DNA of 64,000 nucleotides from Octopus sinensis. Taxonomy: Eukaryota. A model generated the notes under the pieces. That model saw nothing but the letters and a program-made list of their open reading frames with translations, ran no database searches and had not been told where the DNA came from. The position numbers and the translations under genes were made by a program. Location: positions 7,006,001-7,070,000 of the forward strand of contig NC_043015.1 of assembly GCF_006345805.1 (NCBI RefSeq). Direction: 5' to 3'. This document shows, one piece after another, positions 27,020 to 39,899 of the stretch. How positions within the stretch are numbered: the first letter of the stretch is position 1; each line of letters opens with the position of its first letter.

Positions 27020-28060
27020 TCTTTGATCAGTTTTTGGGACATGTTAAATAGGGTAGAGCCTGTTGATGAAAAGAAATTGTGCTCCAGTGTATTTAAGCAT
27101 TGTGATCTTGACTTAGATAGGGGACGTATGGTCCGTGACCCTTGGCTTGGATGGATTTTGAAGCTAATGTTGAGGTCATTAGGGCAATACTGGTGGCATA
27201 TTCTTCACACCATGTAAATGTTGTATCGCACACGGCGGCGCTGGAGAGAATAGAGTTTCAATGCTTTAAACCGGTCCCAATAATCGAGATCAGTGATGCC
27301 TTTGATTCTTTTAACGAATGACCTCTGGGGTGATCCAATTTTCGAAATGTTTTGTTTTGTAAGGGCAGACCACAGGGGGCAGCAGTATTCGAGGGTTGGC
27401 CGTACAAATAAGGAGAAAAAAGTATGATAACACCTTGTTCTCTGGGCCGGAAGGTTCTTAGGATCCAGGAACTTATCCTATGAGCTGTATTAACTGTATT
27501 GTTACTGTGGACACTCCAGCTGATATTTTTTACCAACAATTACACCTAGGTCTCTGATATTGTTCGATGCTGTGAATGGTTCCGCTGAAGGAAGCGAGTA
27601 TGGCTGTTTTAGCATAGTTTTTCTTCCGAAATGCATCAGCTCAAATTTTCCCTTATTTAGTTGCATTTTGTTTTTGTCTGCCCATTGACTCACAGCATGA
27701 AGATTACACTGGAGTTCAGTTCGGTCCTCTTCATTGATAACTTTCTGGAGCTTAGAGCCATCAGAAAATATTTTCACTTTGCTGTATATTATAACGCTAT
27801 AAATATCGTTCATATAGACGATAAAGAGAAGCGGGTCCAAGACAGTCCCCTGAGGGTACCACTGGTGACTTTTGCTGGGCCTGAGTAGATTACACCGATT
27901 ACAATGTTGTGTTCTCTTCTCTAGGAATTACTCAATCCAGTGTATTTGTTTTTCACGAATTCGAAAATTTGATAATTTTGACATTAGGGTATTGTGGTCG
28001 ACTCTGTCGAACGCTTTACCTAAGTCAGGTAGATAAATATATTCATGCATAACTGAAGAA
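27020..28060 (-). mobile_element. CR1-clade LINE, 3' part of ORF2 (RT and C-terminus), decayed
   Basis: Motifs KAFDRVDH (~27994-28017), PQGTVLDPLLFIVYMNDI, KVKIFSDGSKL (decayed FADD), QWADKNKMQLNKGKFELMHFG, RDLGVIV and DYWDRFKALKLYSLQRRR. Confidence 0.9.
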
Positions 28061-28899
28061 ACTGGAGTCAAGAAGGTGTACGTTTGGACATTTATTTAAG
28101 CCCGTTTATATAAGCCTTTGCTTAAATGTGTATGCACTAACATGAACATGTGGGTGAAAATATAAAGATATTTATATGGATGCGTGTGTGTATTTGTATG
28201 AATTTATTATATATATACGTGTAACTAAGTATGGATGTTATATAATGTGGATATGTGTGTATATGTATATATGTATGTATATAAAGGTATATATCCATGG
28301 TTTTGTGCGTGAGAGCGTATGTATCCGGCAACTGAAAACTAACAGCCAGCTTTAGAAATTAATATGTGCAGCCAACCATGGAGAACAGATCAGAGATGCA
28401 GCCAAATGGAAGAACATTTAGATGCCAGCCAGTACCATCCACTACCATACTAGCAGCCCAGCAAACGTGCTCTCGCGTCACGCACTATGTGTATACAAGC
28501 TGCTAATATATTCCAACCACGACAGAGAACATGACCTTGAAGTAGATTTTAAACTAACGGAGACAACGCACGTATATCGCCTGAGGAAACACAACTAGAT
28601 CTCATTATGCAAACAAATAGTTGCATAATCAAGTACCTATATTCTTGGAGAACTACGTTGATCAAAAACAAATATAGCTAATAATAAATAAATGTCCTAC
28701 TGTGCTCCTTCCTGACTACAATTTCTTCAATCATATTTTCACACATGACGAAAACTTAAATTTAAATTTGTAAGTATATAATGATACTACCGATAGGGCT
28801 GGGTAATTCTGAAGGTGGACGAGCTTTATGCTGCACTCTACCACGTTTCCAACGGAATAAAGCATAATCATACGTACACACACACACAAACATTTATAA

Positions 28900-28942
<43 letters not shown>

Positions 28943-28945
28943 ACA

Positions 28946-29180
28946 GTAAATATAATATGTGACAATTATTCGGTCCATCTCTTCAGTTATCTGGCCATCT
29001 CTTCTCTAGGAAGAGATGGCCACACAACTGAAGTGATGGTATCGTGGATTTCCACCTCGGCATCCGAAACTCAGAGTTTAATCTTGGCTACCGAATAATT
29101 GTCACATATTATATTTACAGATAAATTCCTCTAATTACATATTGAGGTCTCTTTCTTTTATTATCTTACCGTTTTTACCA
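28946..29180. mobile_element. Fold-back non-autonomous element with a degenerate hammerhead-like core (probable PLE terminal-repeat derivative)
   Basis: Perfect 29 bp inverted repeat (28946-28974 / 29090-29118), nested 13/14 bp and 13 bp stems, and ctgaag..gaaac motifs. Flanked by (TA)n on both sides. Confidence 0.6.
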
Positions 29181-29663
29181 ATATATATATATATATATAT
29201 ATATACACATGCACACACAAATGTGTGGGTGCATCTACTTGTGCACGTATATATATATATATATATTATATATATATATATATTATGCAATCAATATTAT
29301 ATTGTTGTAGGGACTAATGATCTATCGATCAATGGTACGAATACACCACAGGAAGAACATTAAGCAATTTCGACTCCTAACGCTATAAGCAATTCGAATA
29401 TAAAGTTAGAAGGCGTAGGCTTTTGACGAGTAAAATAATTTCGCAGGAGAGAAATATCAATAAAAGTGATGTGATATTGAAAACTGACTCTTTTGCAACC
29501 AGTATGACATGTTGAAATCCCAGATCTCAACATTGAAATTTGAATAGTGTCTCCTGTCCATTGAACCCTTATTGAAATTTAAGCTTTCATGCACCGGAAA
29601 ATCGGAAACTGTCAAACAGAGGAGAATGTAATAAATTACATACTCTATATCTCCCTCCCTCCC

Positions 29664-29709
<46 letters not shown>

Positions 29710-29992
29710 GCATACACATACACCCTTTCTCGCTCTCACACATGCATATACACCCAAACAAATACACACACATATATATGTACGCATATGTGTACATATA
29801 CATAGATCCAATCCAAAATATATCTATATATATATATATATATGTATATAAATATGTATGCATGTATATTGTGCGTAAATGTAATCTATTATGTGCGCGG
29901 GTGTGTTTGTTTGTACGTGTGCGTTGGTAAAGGCAAATTGTTAGAATATCTTCATTCAATATTAGTGCGTGTTCCTGTATGCGCAAGCATGA

Positions 29993-30031
<39 letters not shown>

Positions 30032-30184
30032 TGCATATGTATAAATATGTATACATATATGTATGCTTATGTATATGTGTACATATATATATATATACAT
30101 GCATACATATATATGTGCATATATACATACATGCATATATATATATACAAACATACACACATGTATATACACACATACATACAT

Positions 30185-30370
30185 AGGCGCATGCGTGGCT
30201 GTGGTAAGAAGTTTGCTTCCCAGACACATGGTTACAGATTCAGTCCCACAACATTGCACCTTGGGTAAGTGAGCGGATTTGTTAGATGGAAACAGAAAGA
30301 AGCCTGTCATATACATATATAAAAATATATATATATATTTGTGTGTGGTTTTGTGTGTGTGTTTGTCCCA
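30185..30370 (+). mobile_element. SINE group B 5' half (truncated and deleted)
   Basis: ggcgcatgcgtggctgtggtaagaagtttgcttccc...cagtccca..caccttgggtaagtg..gatggaaacagaaagaagcctgtc. Confidence 0.75.
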
Positions 30371-30950
30371 CATATATATATATATATATATATACATTCA
30401 TAAATATATATATGTGTCAGTGTATATATGCATGTACGTATCTTTCTATGGATACATTACATAATTACGTAAACATATAAGTACCCGCACGCACACTGTA
30501 ACCACACATGTAACTATATTTATACGTGAGCTTGTTTACTATGTATATGCGCATCGGTGCGGGTATTTAGGCATATATATTGTAGACAGTAATATTTCTG
30601 TGTTAAGAGAGTAATTTGAGACACCATAGACGAAGAATTTACAGGAATTTCAGCGGAAATTCTATTCAATTTCGTTTTCTATTGCGAACATCAGATACAT
30701 CTTGTAATCTGATATTTTGCTGAGAATAACTCTTACCTATTCCTCTCAACGTGCATATGAAGGTAGTTAAAGAGAATCAAGTGTCCTACTGAGATAATAA
30801 TAACTGGTTCGAAAGCTTGTTAAGGGCCCTAGAAATTCTTTTCTAGTTAGAAAATTTACTTTTACATACAAGCTTGAGCAAACACACACTCACAAGGCAC
30901 ACACGAGCACATGTCTGTGTGTGTGTATTATTCATAGACAAATATGTATG

Positions 30951-30984
<34 letters not shown>

Positions 30985-31050
30985 GTGTATGTGTGTGTGT
31001 GTATTATTCATACACAAATATGTATGTGTGTATATATATATATATATATA

Positions 31051-31088
<38 letters not shown>

Positions 31089-31175
31089 ATGTGTGTGTGT
31101 GTCGTGTGCGTATGTATGTGTGAGTATGTGTGTGGGTTTGTATATAAATATTTCTGCGTATGTATAGTGTACATG

Positions 31176-32053
31176 CAGGGTGCGATGGGCAAATTGTTGT
31201 AATTATATTGTTATTTATTTTGCGCTTGCGCATTGTTTGATTTTTATTTTGTTGACTACACCATAATGTAGGGTCACCTGGGCACCGTCTGTGAGAAAAA
31301 ACAGCACCATGTCCCAATTCACTCTGCCAGAAATTTTGAAACGACATGCTGTACTGCTTGGCATTCGCGCCGGGAGCAACAATAAAACTAGATGGTGAGC
31401 ATACGGAGCAATCGTTGGCATGCCGTGTCCCCCCAAAATGTACCGAGAGTCATAAAAATAAAACATCTAGCCAATATCATTTTGTTTGGAGTGATCACTT
31501 GTGATGGCGACGTTATGCCTCCATTCATTATTCCATACGGCCTCACACTCATCACGCAGGCTTACATCAAGTGCCTGGAGGAGGTAGTGTTGCACTGGGC
31601 CAAGTGGGTGGCTGCTGAGGACCGTATATCTGGTAACAAGACTCTGCACCATGCTATTCATGTAGAACCCACTCATGACTGTCAGACAATTTCTGCAACC
31701 ACATGTCCCCTAACATCTGGTTATGTAACTCCCCAGACTGCAACCAACTTGATTATAATGTGCGGGGCACAGTTGAGCAAGTGACTCCTTGTAACACCAA
31801 AGATGGACTTCAGGCAAAGATTATGGCAACATTCGCCATCTTAAACAGGAAGACCGTCCAGAAGAGTTGCAGGAGATTCTGAAGTGATCTGGAATCTCTG
31901 TTTGAAGCCAATCGCGATTTTATTGAATAAATTTACTCTTTAGTTTTTCAAAATATTTATATGTAATGTTGGTAAATATATTTGTTAAAAATAGACACCA
32001 GTGTTGTTTGCATTTTTGCATAGTTGCGGTGACAATATATTCACCGCACCTTG
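31176..32053 (+). mobile_element. Internally deleted maT (DD37D-like) Tc1/mariner element, copy 1
   Basis: Imperfect TIRs cagggtgcgatgggcaaattg / caatatattcaccgcaccttg. Reads MSQFTLPEILKRHAVLLGIRAGS, then FGVITCDGDVMPPF, W*QDSAPC, NSPDCNQLDY and KDGLQAKIMA..EANRDFIE*. Confidence 0.85.
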
Positions 32054-32109
32054 TGTATTCTTTTATTCTCCTATGAGTTTCAACTTAAAGGCTGTGATCA
32101 TTTGGGGCG

Positions 32110-32440
32110 CTACCAGTGTAATTATATTTTTTAATGGCCATTGTTATACGATTGGCTCATGGTGAAGGAAGAAGTTCGGCATTGTCGCCCTCTGTTTCTT
32201 GCCGTGCTGTAGGCTCATCTTGGACTTTGAACAGCAGGAGATCAAGCTCTTACTTGAAATCCCCAATAGCCCCTGGAAACTGCCAGGGCACGCAATTTCG
32301 GCCTTCATTTGCCTTGTCAATGGCAGAAGTTGTTGGCATTTCTGGCGGTGGTAATGAACAATTTCACGTTGCTAGCGATATAAACACGAGTCTATATGTG
32401 AAATTATCTCATGGGAACTAACGCAGTATTCTGTGTTCTA
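32110..32440 (-). mobile_element. CR1-type LINE extreme 3' fragment, copy 1
   Basis: Minus strand reads FK*ELDLLLFKVQDEPTARQE, resembling CR1 ORF2 C-termini (FKxxLDxxLxxVPDEP). Confidence 0.5.
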
Positions 32441-32514
32441 ACATAACACCCACTTTGAAGTGCGGGTAAATATATATCGATAAGTATATTAAACATATAT
32501 ACATACGCACTTAC

Positions 32515-32615
<101 letters not shown>

Positions 32616-32801
32616 ATGTGTGTGTGTGTATTATTCATACACAAATATGTATGTGTGTATATATATATATATATAATATATATATATATATAGGTGTGTG
32701 TGTGTGTGTGTGTATGTGTGTGTGTGTCGTGTGCGTATGTATGTGTGAGTATGTGTGTGGGTTTGTATATAAATATTTCTGCGTATGTATAAGTGTACAT
32801 G

Positions 32802-33677
32802 CAGGGTGCGATGGGCAAATTGTTGTAATTATATTGTTATTTATTTTGCGCTTGCGCATTGTTTGATTTTATTTTGTTGACTACACCATAATGTAGGGTC
32901 ACCTGGGCACCGTCTGTGAGAAAAAAAACAGCACCATGTCCCAATTCACTCTGCCAGAAATTTTGAAACGACATGCTGTACTGCTTGGCATTCGCGCCGG
33001 GAGCAACAATAAAACTAGATGGTGAGCATACGGAGCAATCGTTGGCATGCTGTGTCCCCCCAAAATGTACGAGAGTCATAAAAATAAAACATCTAACCAA
33101 TACCATTTTGTTTGGAGTGATCACTTGTGATGGCGACGTTATGCCTCCGTTCATCATTCCATACGGCCTCACACTCATCACGCAGGCTTACATCAAGTGC
33201 CTGGAGGAGGTAGTGTTGCACTGGGCCAAGTGGGTGGCTGCTGAGGACCGTATATCTGGTAACAAGACTCTGCACCATGCTATTCATGTAGAACCCACTC
33301 ATGACTGTCAGACAATTTCTGCAACCACATGTCCCCTGATATCTGGCTACGTAACTCCCCAGACTGCAACCGACTTCATTATAATGTGCGTGGCACAGTT
33401 GAGCAAGTGACTCCTTGTAACACCAAAGATGGACTTCAGGCAAAGATTATGGCAACATTCGCCATCTTAAACAAGGAGACCGTCCAGAAGAGTTGCAGGA
33501 GATTCTGAAGTGATCTGGAATCTCTGGTTGAAGCCAATCGCGATTTTATTGAATAAATTTACTCTTTAGTTTTTCAAATTATTTATATGTAATTTTGGTA
33601 AATATATTGTTAAAAATAGACACCAGTGTTGTTGCATTTTTGCATAGTTGCGGTGACAATATATTCACCGCACCTTG
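32802..33677 (+). mobile_element. Internally deleted maT (DD37D-like) element, copy 2
   Basis: Duplicate of 31176-32053. The QD..D spacing is 36 codons in these decayed copies; the third D is H in this copy. Confidence 0.85.
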
Positions 33678-33734
33678 TGTATTCTTTTATTCTCCTATGA
33701 GTTTCAACTTAAAGGCTGTGATCATTTGGGGCGC

Positions 33735-34063
33735 TACCAGTGTAATTTATTTTTTAATGGCCATTGTTATACGATTGGCTCATGGTGAAGGAAGAAGTTC
33801 GGCATTGTCGCCCTCTGTTTCTTGCCGTGCTGTAGGCTCATCTTGGACTTTGAACAGCAGGAGATCAAGCTCTTACTTGAAATCCCCAATAGCCCCTGGA
33901 AACTGCCAGGGCACGCAATTTCGGCCTTCATTTGCCTTGTCAATGGCAGAAGTTGTTGGCATTTCTGGCGGTGGTAATGAACAATTTCACGTTGCTAGCG
34001 ATATAAACACGAGTCTATATGTGAAATTATCTCATGGGAACTAACGCAGTATTCTGTGTTCTA
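33735..34063 (-). mobile_element. CR1-type LINE extreme 3' fragment, copy 2
   Basis: Essentially identical to 32110-32440. Confidence 0.5.
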
Positions 34064-34137
34064 ACATAACACCCACTTTGAAGTGCGGGTAAATATATAT
34101 CGATAAGTATATTAAACATATATACATACGCACTTAC

Positions 34138-34210
<73 letters not shown>

Positions 34211-35506
34211 ATATAATATATATATATATTATATATATATATATACGTGTCTGTATTTAAGAAATGTTTTATAAAGAATACCAAAGATCTCATAAGAAAG
34301 AGATACCACACTCGTATTTCTGATACTGAGAGACAAGGAAACCTATCAGTTACCATGAGATAAAAAAAAACATACAAAAGTATCCAAAATCTAACAAAGA
34401 AATTGAGTCATTTAAAACGGATGTTTTTGATGAATCTGTAGTAAATTTCGAAGTAGTTTAAGAATCACTTCTTCATCTTTAAAGAATTCTAACAAGTTTA
34501 GTCCGATAAAACATAAAATCTTTACACTGGGGACATAAGAATTAACAAGAGGTTTTAATTATAAAAATCCACCAGAATACTCAAGAAAAGCACTAGCATC
34601 GCACAAACAACTATCTCTTTGTTTTCGAGATAAAGAAATTACAATTGAAATTAAAGGAGATAAAATGATTTGCCATGTAACCCTTTCTGTGCCTTCCGAC
34701 AATGCACCATTTAGACCTGTAAGTTTGAAGGTAGACTGGACTGATGTTACATTAAAAGAATCATTATTATGCATCTAGATGCTACTACCCCTAATTATGT
34801 TGTTGCCACTTCTGAGAGTGATGAGGCTTCTACGAGCACAGACATTGCGTTCACCACCGTCAATACAATCACTATTTCTACCACGCTGTTACCCCTACCT
34901 GTATCTTCGCACTTACGACCCTACTATAATAACTACCACTGTCAGCATCACTTTCTCTAACACCAACGCGGTTGGTGATACTCCTATCGCAGAAAATACA
35001 TGGTAATCTCTGGTTTCTATTGCTTCGTTAGCAGTTTTTATTTCTGTAGATGGCTGATTTACCCAAAAATATAAGTAGAATTAGTTATTAGATCTTACTC
35101 TGCATCATAAGTAGCACTCCACTTTATTACTAATATTTTTTAAAAATTTTTACTAGTAATTTTTCAGTTATTCTTATTAATTCTGCTACAAGCCATTTAA
35201 TGAATCTAAGGATACGCTTCGAATGTATCATTTTTGCGATTTTGGAAATATTTGGCTGCTACTTATCACAAATGTGACGACGCATGGCCAGGTGGTTAGA
35301 GTGTTAAACTCACAATCAATTTGTGGCTCACGAGGTACCTTGTTTTCAAGGGTAAAACACTTCATTCCATGTTACTCCATTCCGATCATCTGTAACTAAG
35401 TCAACCCGCAACAGATTGGCATCCCGTTGAGGAGAAAAGGGGTAGGCATTCTTTATATAAGAAGACTCGATACAGTAATGTCCAGTTTTTCAGCATATAT
35501 TGTTGT

Positions 35507-36022
35507 GACCCCCTTCGGTCATGAAAGACCATGGGATTGCGCCTAGAAACTTACTCCCCGTGGCACAAGACTGGGCAAGGTTGTTTATGGAAAACCAGCA
35601 TCCGCCTACGCGTACTAGCCTCCCCTCTCCACGCCACCGATGTTATCCAAGGGAAAGACAAAGGCTGATACAGATTGGCACCTGTAACGTCGCAGCTCAT
35701 TTATTAACATGCAAGTGGCTGAGCACTCCACAGACACGTGTACCCTTAACGTAGTTCTCGGGGAGATTCAGTGTGACACAGAGAGTGACAAGGCTGACCC
35801 TATGAAATACAGGTACAACAGAAAAAGGAAGAAATAGTGAGAGAAAGTAGTATTGAAAGAGTACAGCAGGTTTCACCACAACCCCCCTGCCGGAGGCCTG
35901 AGACCATGGAGCTTTAGGTGTTTTCGCTCAATAAACACTCACAACGCTCGGTCTGGGAAACGAAACCGTGATCCTATGACCACGAATCCGCTGCCCTAAC
36001 CACTGGGCCATTGCGCCTCCAC
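35507..36022 (-). mobile_element. SINE group C, full-length composite
   Basis: The minus-strand head gtggaggcgcaatggcccagtggttagggcagcgg...ggtttcgtttccc has A/B-box-like motifs. Likely 9 bp TSD agcatatat at 35492-35500 and 36025-36033. Confidence 0.85.
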
Positions 36023-36501
36023 ATAGCATATATGATATTCATTTTGACGTTTTCTCACACGCTTTTACTACGTTGAATAGCGGTTTCATTGCATCCACAC
36101 AGAAATAGAGTTGTATTGCCTTATTCTAACGTCACTATATATTAGTTACCTCGAACAAACGAGAAAAAGTTTACTAACAAGTTTAGTTAAAATATGAGAA
36201 AATTCAATTTGGAAGAACATCTAGAAATTTTTATTTCTCAGTAAACAGATTCGATTTAATGGTAAATCAATGAAAGTATGTTGTTTTCGTGAATTCACTT
36301 TCGCTATAATTATTAATAAGAAATATATTTACCTACTGCTAAATAGACACCATTTTTTTTTACTGTAATCCAATAAAAAATATTCTTTCACTAAGTATGT
36401 ATGTATGTATGTATGTATATATATACATATACATATATGCTTATCTATATGGATGTATATATGTATATGTATATGTGTATGTAGATACATATACATATAT
36501 A

Positions 36502-36542
<41 letters not shown>

Positions 36543-38035
36543 GTGTGTGTTTGTGTGTGAGTATTTATATCTATATACACAGGCTGTGAGAGATAATCCT
36601 CGATATATATTTCTAACAAATGCAGACAAAGAATTAAATCAATAACGAAATGGTTATTAAATGTATATGAGTGTATATACTTATCGGTTGAATAAAATAA
36701 ATTACATACAAACATAGATATGTGCATGCATGTTATAGAGCGTATATATCACTGCATATGATGCATATTGATAAAGATATATAAACTTATATAACTACGT
36801 ATATAAAACTGTTCTTATAAGAAAGCGAAATTCTAAACAATGCCAAGGAGAGAGCCTCAAATCATATACAAAAACATACGCACATAAACAATCACAAACA
36901 TACACACATATTGTCTATGTAAGTATATATCTATGCACATACATGTGTATATAATCAAATATAGGAAAATAATAAATATATAAAACTGATACTATATCGT
37001 TATTTTACAGAGGTATTAAATTTTTACATTTCTAATGGTTGTAGTGGATAGTGTATGTATACCAACTGCTTACATACATGCTTACATACATAAATACACA
37101 TACTTATATACACACACAAATGCTTAGATAAATACATACATAAATACATACACTATAAATACATACATCAATGCACGCATACATAAGCACATACATACAT
37201 AAACTCACACACACTTATACATATATATATATACATGAATACATGCATAAATACATATATACAAGCACCACACACAGATACACACATATATATGTATATG
37301 GAGATAGATACATGAATATAAACATACATATAAATGTCTGTGTATGTTTGAATATGTATGTGTATGTATATGTGTGCTTTGTTTTGGTGGGTGCGTGCGT
37401 ATTTGCTGAATATGTTCAAGAACACACGATCTTGTTTCAGCTTTATACCAAATATATACGAGGCTCGAATTTGTACACACACACCTGTTAACTACAAACA
37501 TAATATAGATAGAATTCAATCGTGACAACAAGATACTGCTACAAACATAGCGGTTGGAGATAAGATCTTCAGCAAGATTAAGTAATTCATACTAATTAAT
37601 TTGTAATATCATTACCATCGAATAATTTGCTTCAGGTGATATCGGAAATTTCTAAATATTCAATTATATATACATTGGTGTGCATGCGAGTGTGCACATA
37701 TGTATATAACCATTATGCAACAATGACAAAAGAAGCCGCACAACGCTTTTCATAACAGTGACACAGATATATATAGGATACGTTTATAAATATAGACACT
37801 GCGGTAGAAAAAAAAATTGTTGTATACGCTCATCGAAATGCTAAGAGACGCCTATGTACTTAGAAATAGAAATAATGTATATTAGAAAAACACTGATTTT
37901 ATTTTTTATATCTATCCATTTTTTTCTCTATGAAACAATCTCTCTGTCTCTCTCCTTCTCTGTGTCTCTGTTTGCATATATATATATATATTCTTGTTTA
38001 TTTATGTAAATATATTCATATTTATTTATGTATAT

Positions 38036-38072
<37 letters not shown>

Positions 38073-38107
38073 TCTTGTTTATTTATGTAAATATATTCAT
38101 ATTTATT

Positions 38108-38150
<43 letters not shown>

Positions 38151-38238
38151 ATATTCATATGTGTATGTTTCATGTAGTTATGTAGGCAGGTATATATATA
38201 TATATTATATATATATATATAGTTATGCATGAAACATA

Positions 38239-38568
38239 TCTATTATATAAAATCCGTTCTGTCTGTCTGTGTGGCATCCTCCATCAGATTGCGCTCAAAT
38301 TTGATAAGTAGATACCGACGGTATCAAGGCGTGTATAAGTCTTCAAAAAATTACAAAAATCGATTCCAGGTGAACATGCGATTGATAAAGCCGTGGGAAC
38401 GTGTATTTGTACGCGCAAGTACATCAGTCGAAATCCGGTTTTTGCTGGTGCCTCAAATTTAGGTTAAATCAGTGTTTCTATGGGACAGTCGGACAAGTTG
38501 TTTTGAAAAAATTTGGTTTAAATGTTTGACGACTCATCACCGTCAGTTGGACGGGGGCGTCTTGCTCG
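38239..38568 (+). mobile_element. Non-autonomous Helitron-like element
   Basis: Starts A|TCTATTATATAAAATCC followed by ctgtctgtctgt. It has 3' GC hairpins (tgacg..cgtca, gacg-gggg-cgtc) and ends GCTCG|T (one mismatch from CTAG). No TSD. Confidence 0.55.
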
Positions 38569-38626
38569 TAAACATATATACACACACATACATATATGCG
38601 TGTTTATGTGTGTGTGCGTGCATATG

Positions 38627-38661
<35 letters not shown>

Positions 38662-39645
38662 CTGGCATATTCCATATATTTGAGTAAACGCATCAAGCAC
38701 AGCATAATCGATGTATGCTAACACATAAATGTAGATCAGGAAAAAATAATTTCTGTGAGAAACAAGAAAACATCATTGTGTAACATTTAAAGAAAGTGCC
38801 CAACGAAATAAGGGAAATTCAGATTTGAAGGTGATAATGCGAATGTAAAATGTGTACGTATAAATTGTATACTAAATTCAATGAGAAACGGAACTTCATG
38901 TCCAAGCAAATGGGATATTTATATCTACGTTAATGTATGTATTTTTGTTTGTTTTCTATGTATTATTCTGCATATGATATATTGATTATACGGTTTTAAG
39001 CTGGGACCGTGCCCCTTCTTCAATTAATGATCCCCGAAAAGTTTGAACCTCACCTTGCCAATTTGAATAAAGCAGATACCTTTTTTAAAACAGGTCTCAC
39101 ATTCTTTCTTCAATAATCTTTATTACATGAAATCTAGATACTAGAAGACAAAAATACATTAACCTCATTTAATGTAATTTGCTATGCACAAACTCATCTC
39201 CATGTCAAGAAATGAATTAGGATTCGTTATGTAGCCAGCATCAGAAGACGTAAGCTCAAAATTATGAATGATATGCCTGTAGAATAATGAAAATGCTGTT
39301 ATAAAGTGATTTTATTCCATGGAAAGCAAATCAGTTTGCTGATTCGCCCAGCCAGAAATACTGGACTTTCAACATAAATATAATAAATACTATCAACAGG
39401 AACTCTCGAGCATTTTCTTATCAACACAAGTTATTTAACTCGATAACTTAAAATCAACCATTCCTGCCTGGAAAATACTCTTTCCCCGTGCACGCAACAC
39501 AGTTGAAAACATACAAACAAATAGCGTTTACTGTTTACAACTAAATCTTAACGGCTAAACTTTACGTATTTTCTCAGGTAGGAAATTTCAATTTTTCAAA
39601 GTTTAAATATATGGATCATGGATAACATCTCTCAGTCGTATTGAA

Positions 39646-39899
39646 ATGACAGCAAACCTATTTAAGAATTGTTGTTATCTGCGTTTGTATTAATTCAGGT
39701 CAATGGACAGAAATATTCTGTGTCTCTTTTTTCCGGTTCATTTGAACACTCGGACTCCATGGATCGGAATATACATACACAACATGGCGAATCAGATATG
39801 AAGGTACACCTTCCTGGACAAATTCCGAATACGCAATCAAAGTATTTTGAAATGTGGTATGATTTTACAACAGTTAGCAAAACGCTAAATCTAGAATAG
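39646..39899 (+). CDS. Candidate first coding exon or small ORF of a secreted protein (needs a 1-nt frameshift near 39667)
   Basis: ATG at 39646 gives MTANLFK, then two extra A bases, then LLLSAFVLIQVNG|QKYSVSLFSGSF...KVHLPGQIPNTQSKYFEMWYDFTT. Possible acceptors at 39577 and 39698; weak donor gttagc at 39873. Confidence 0.35.
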
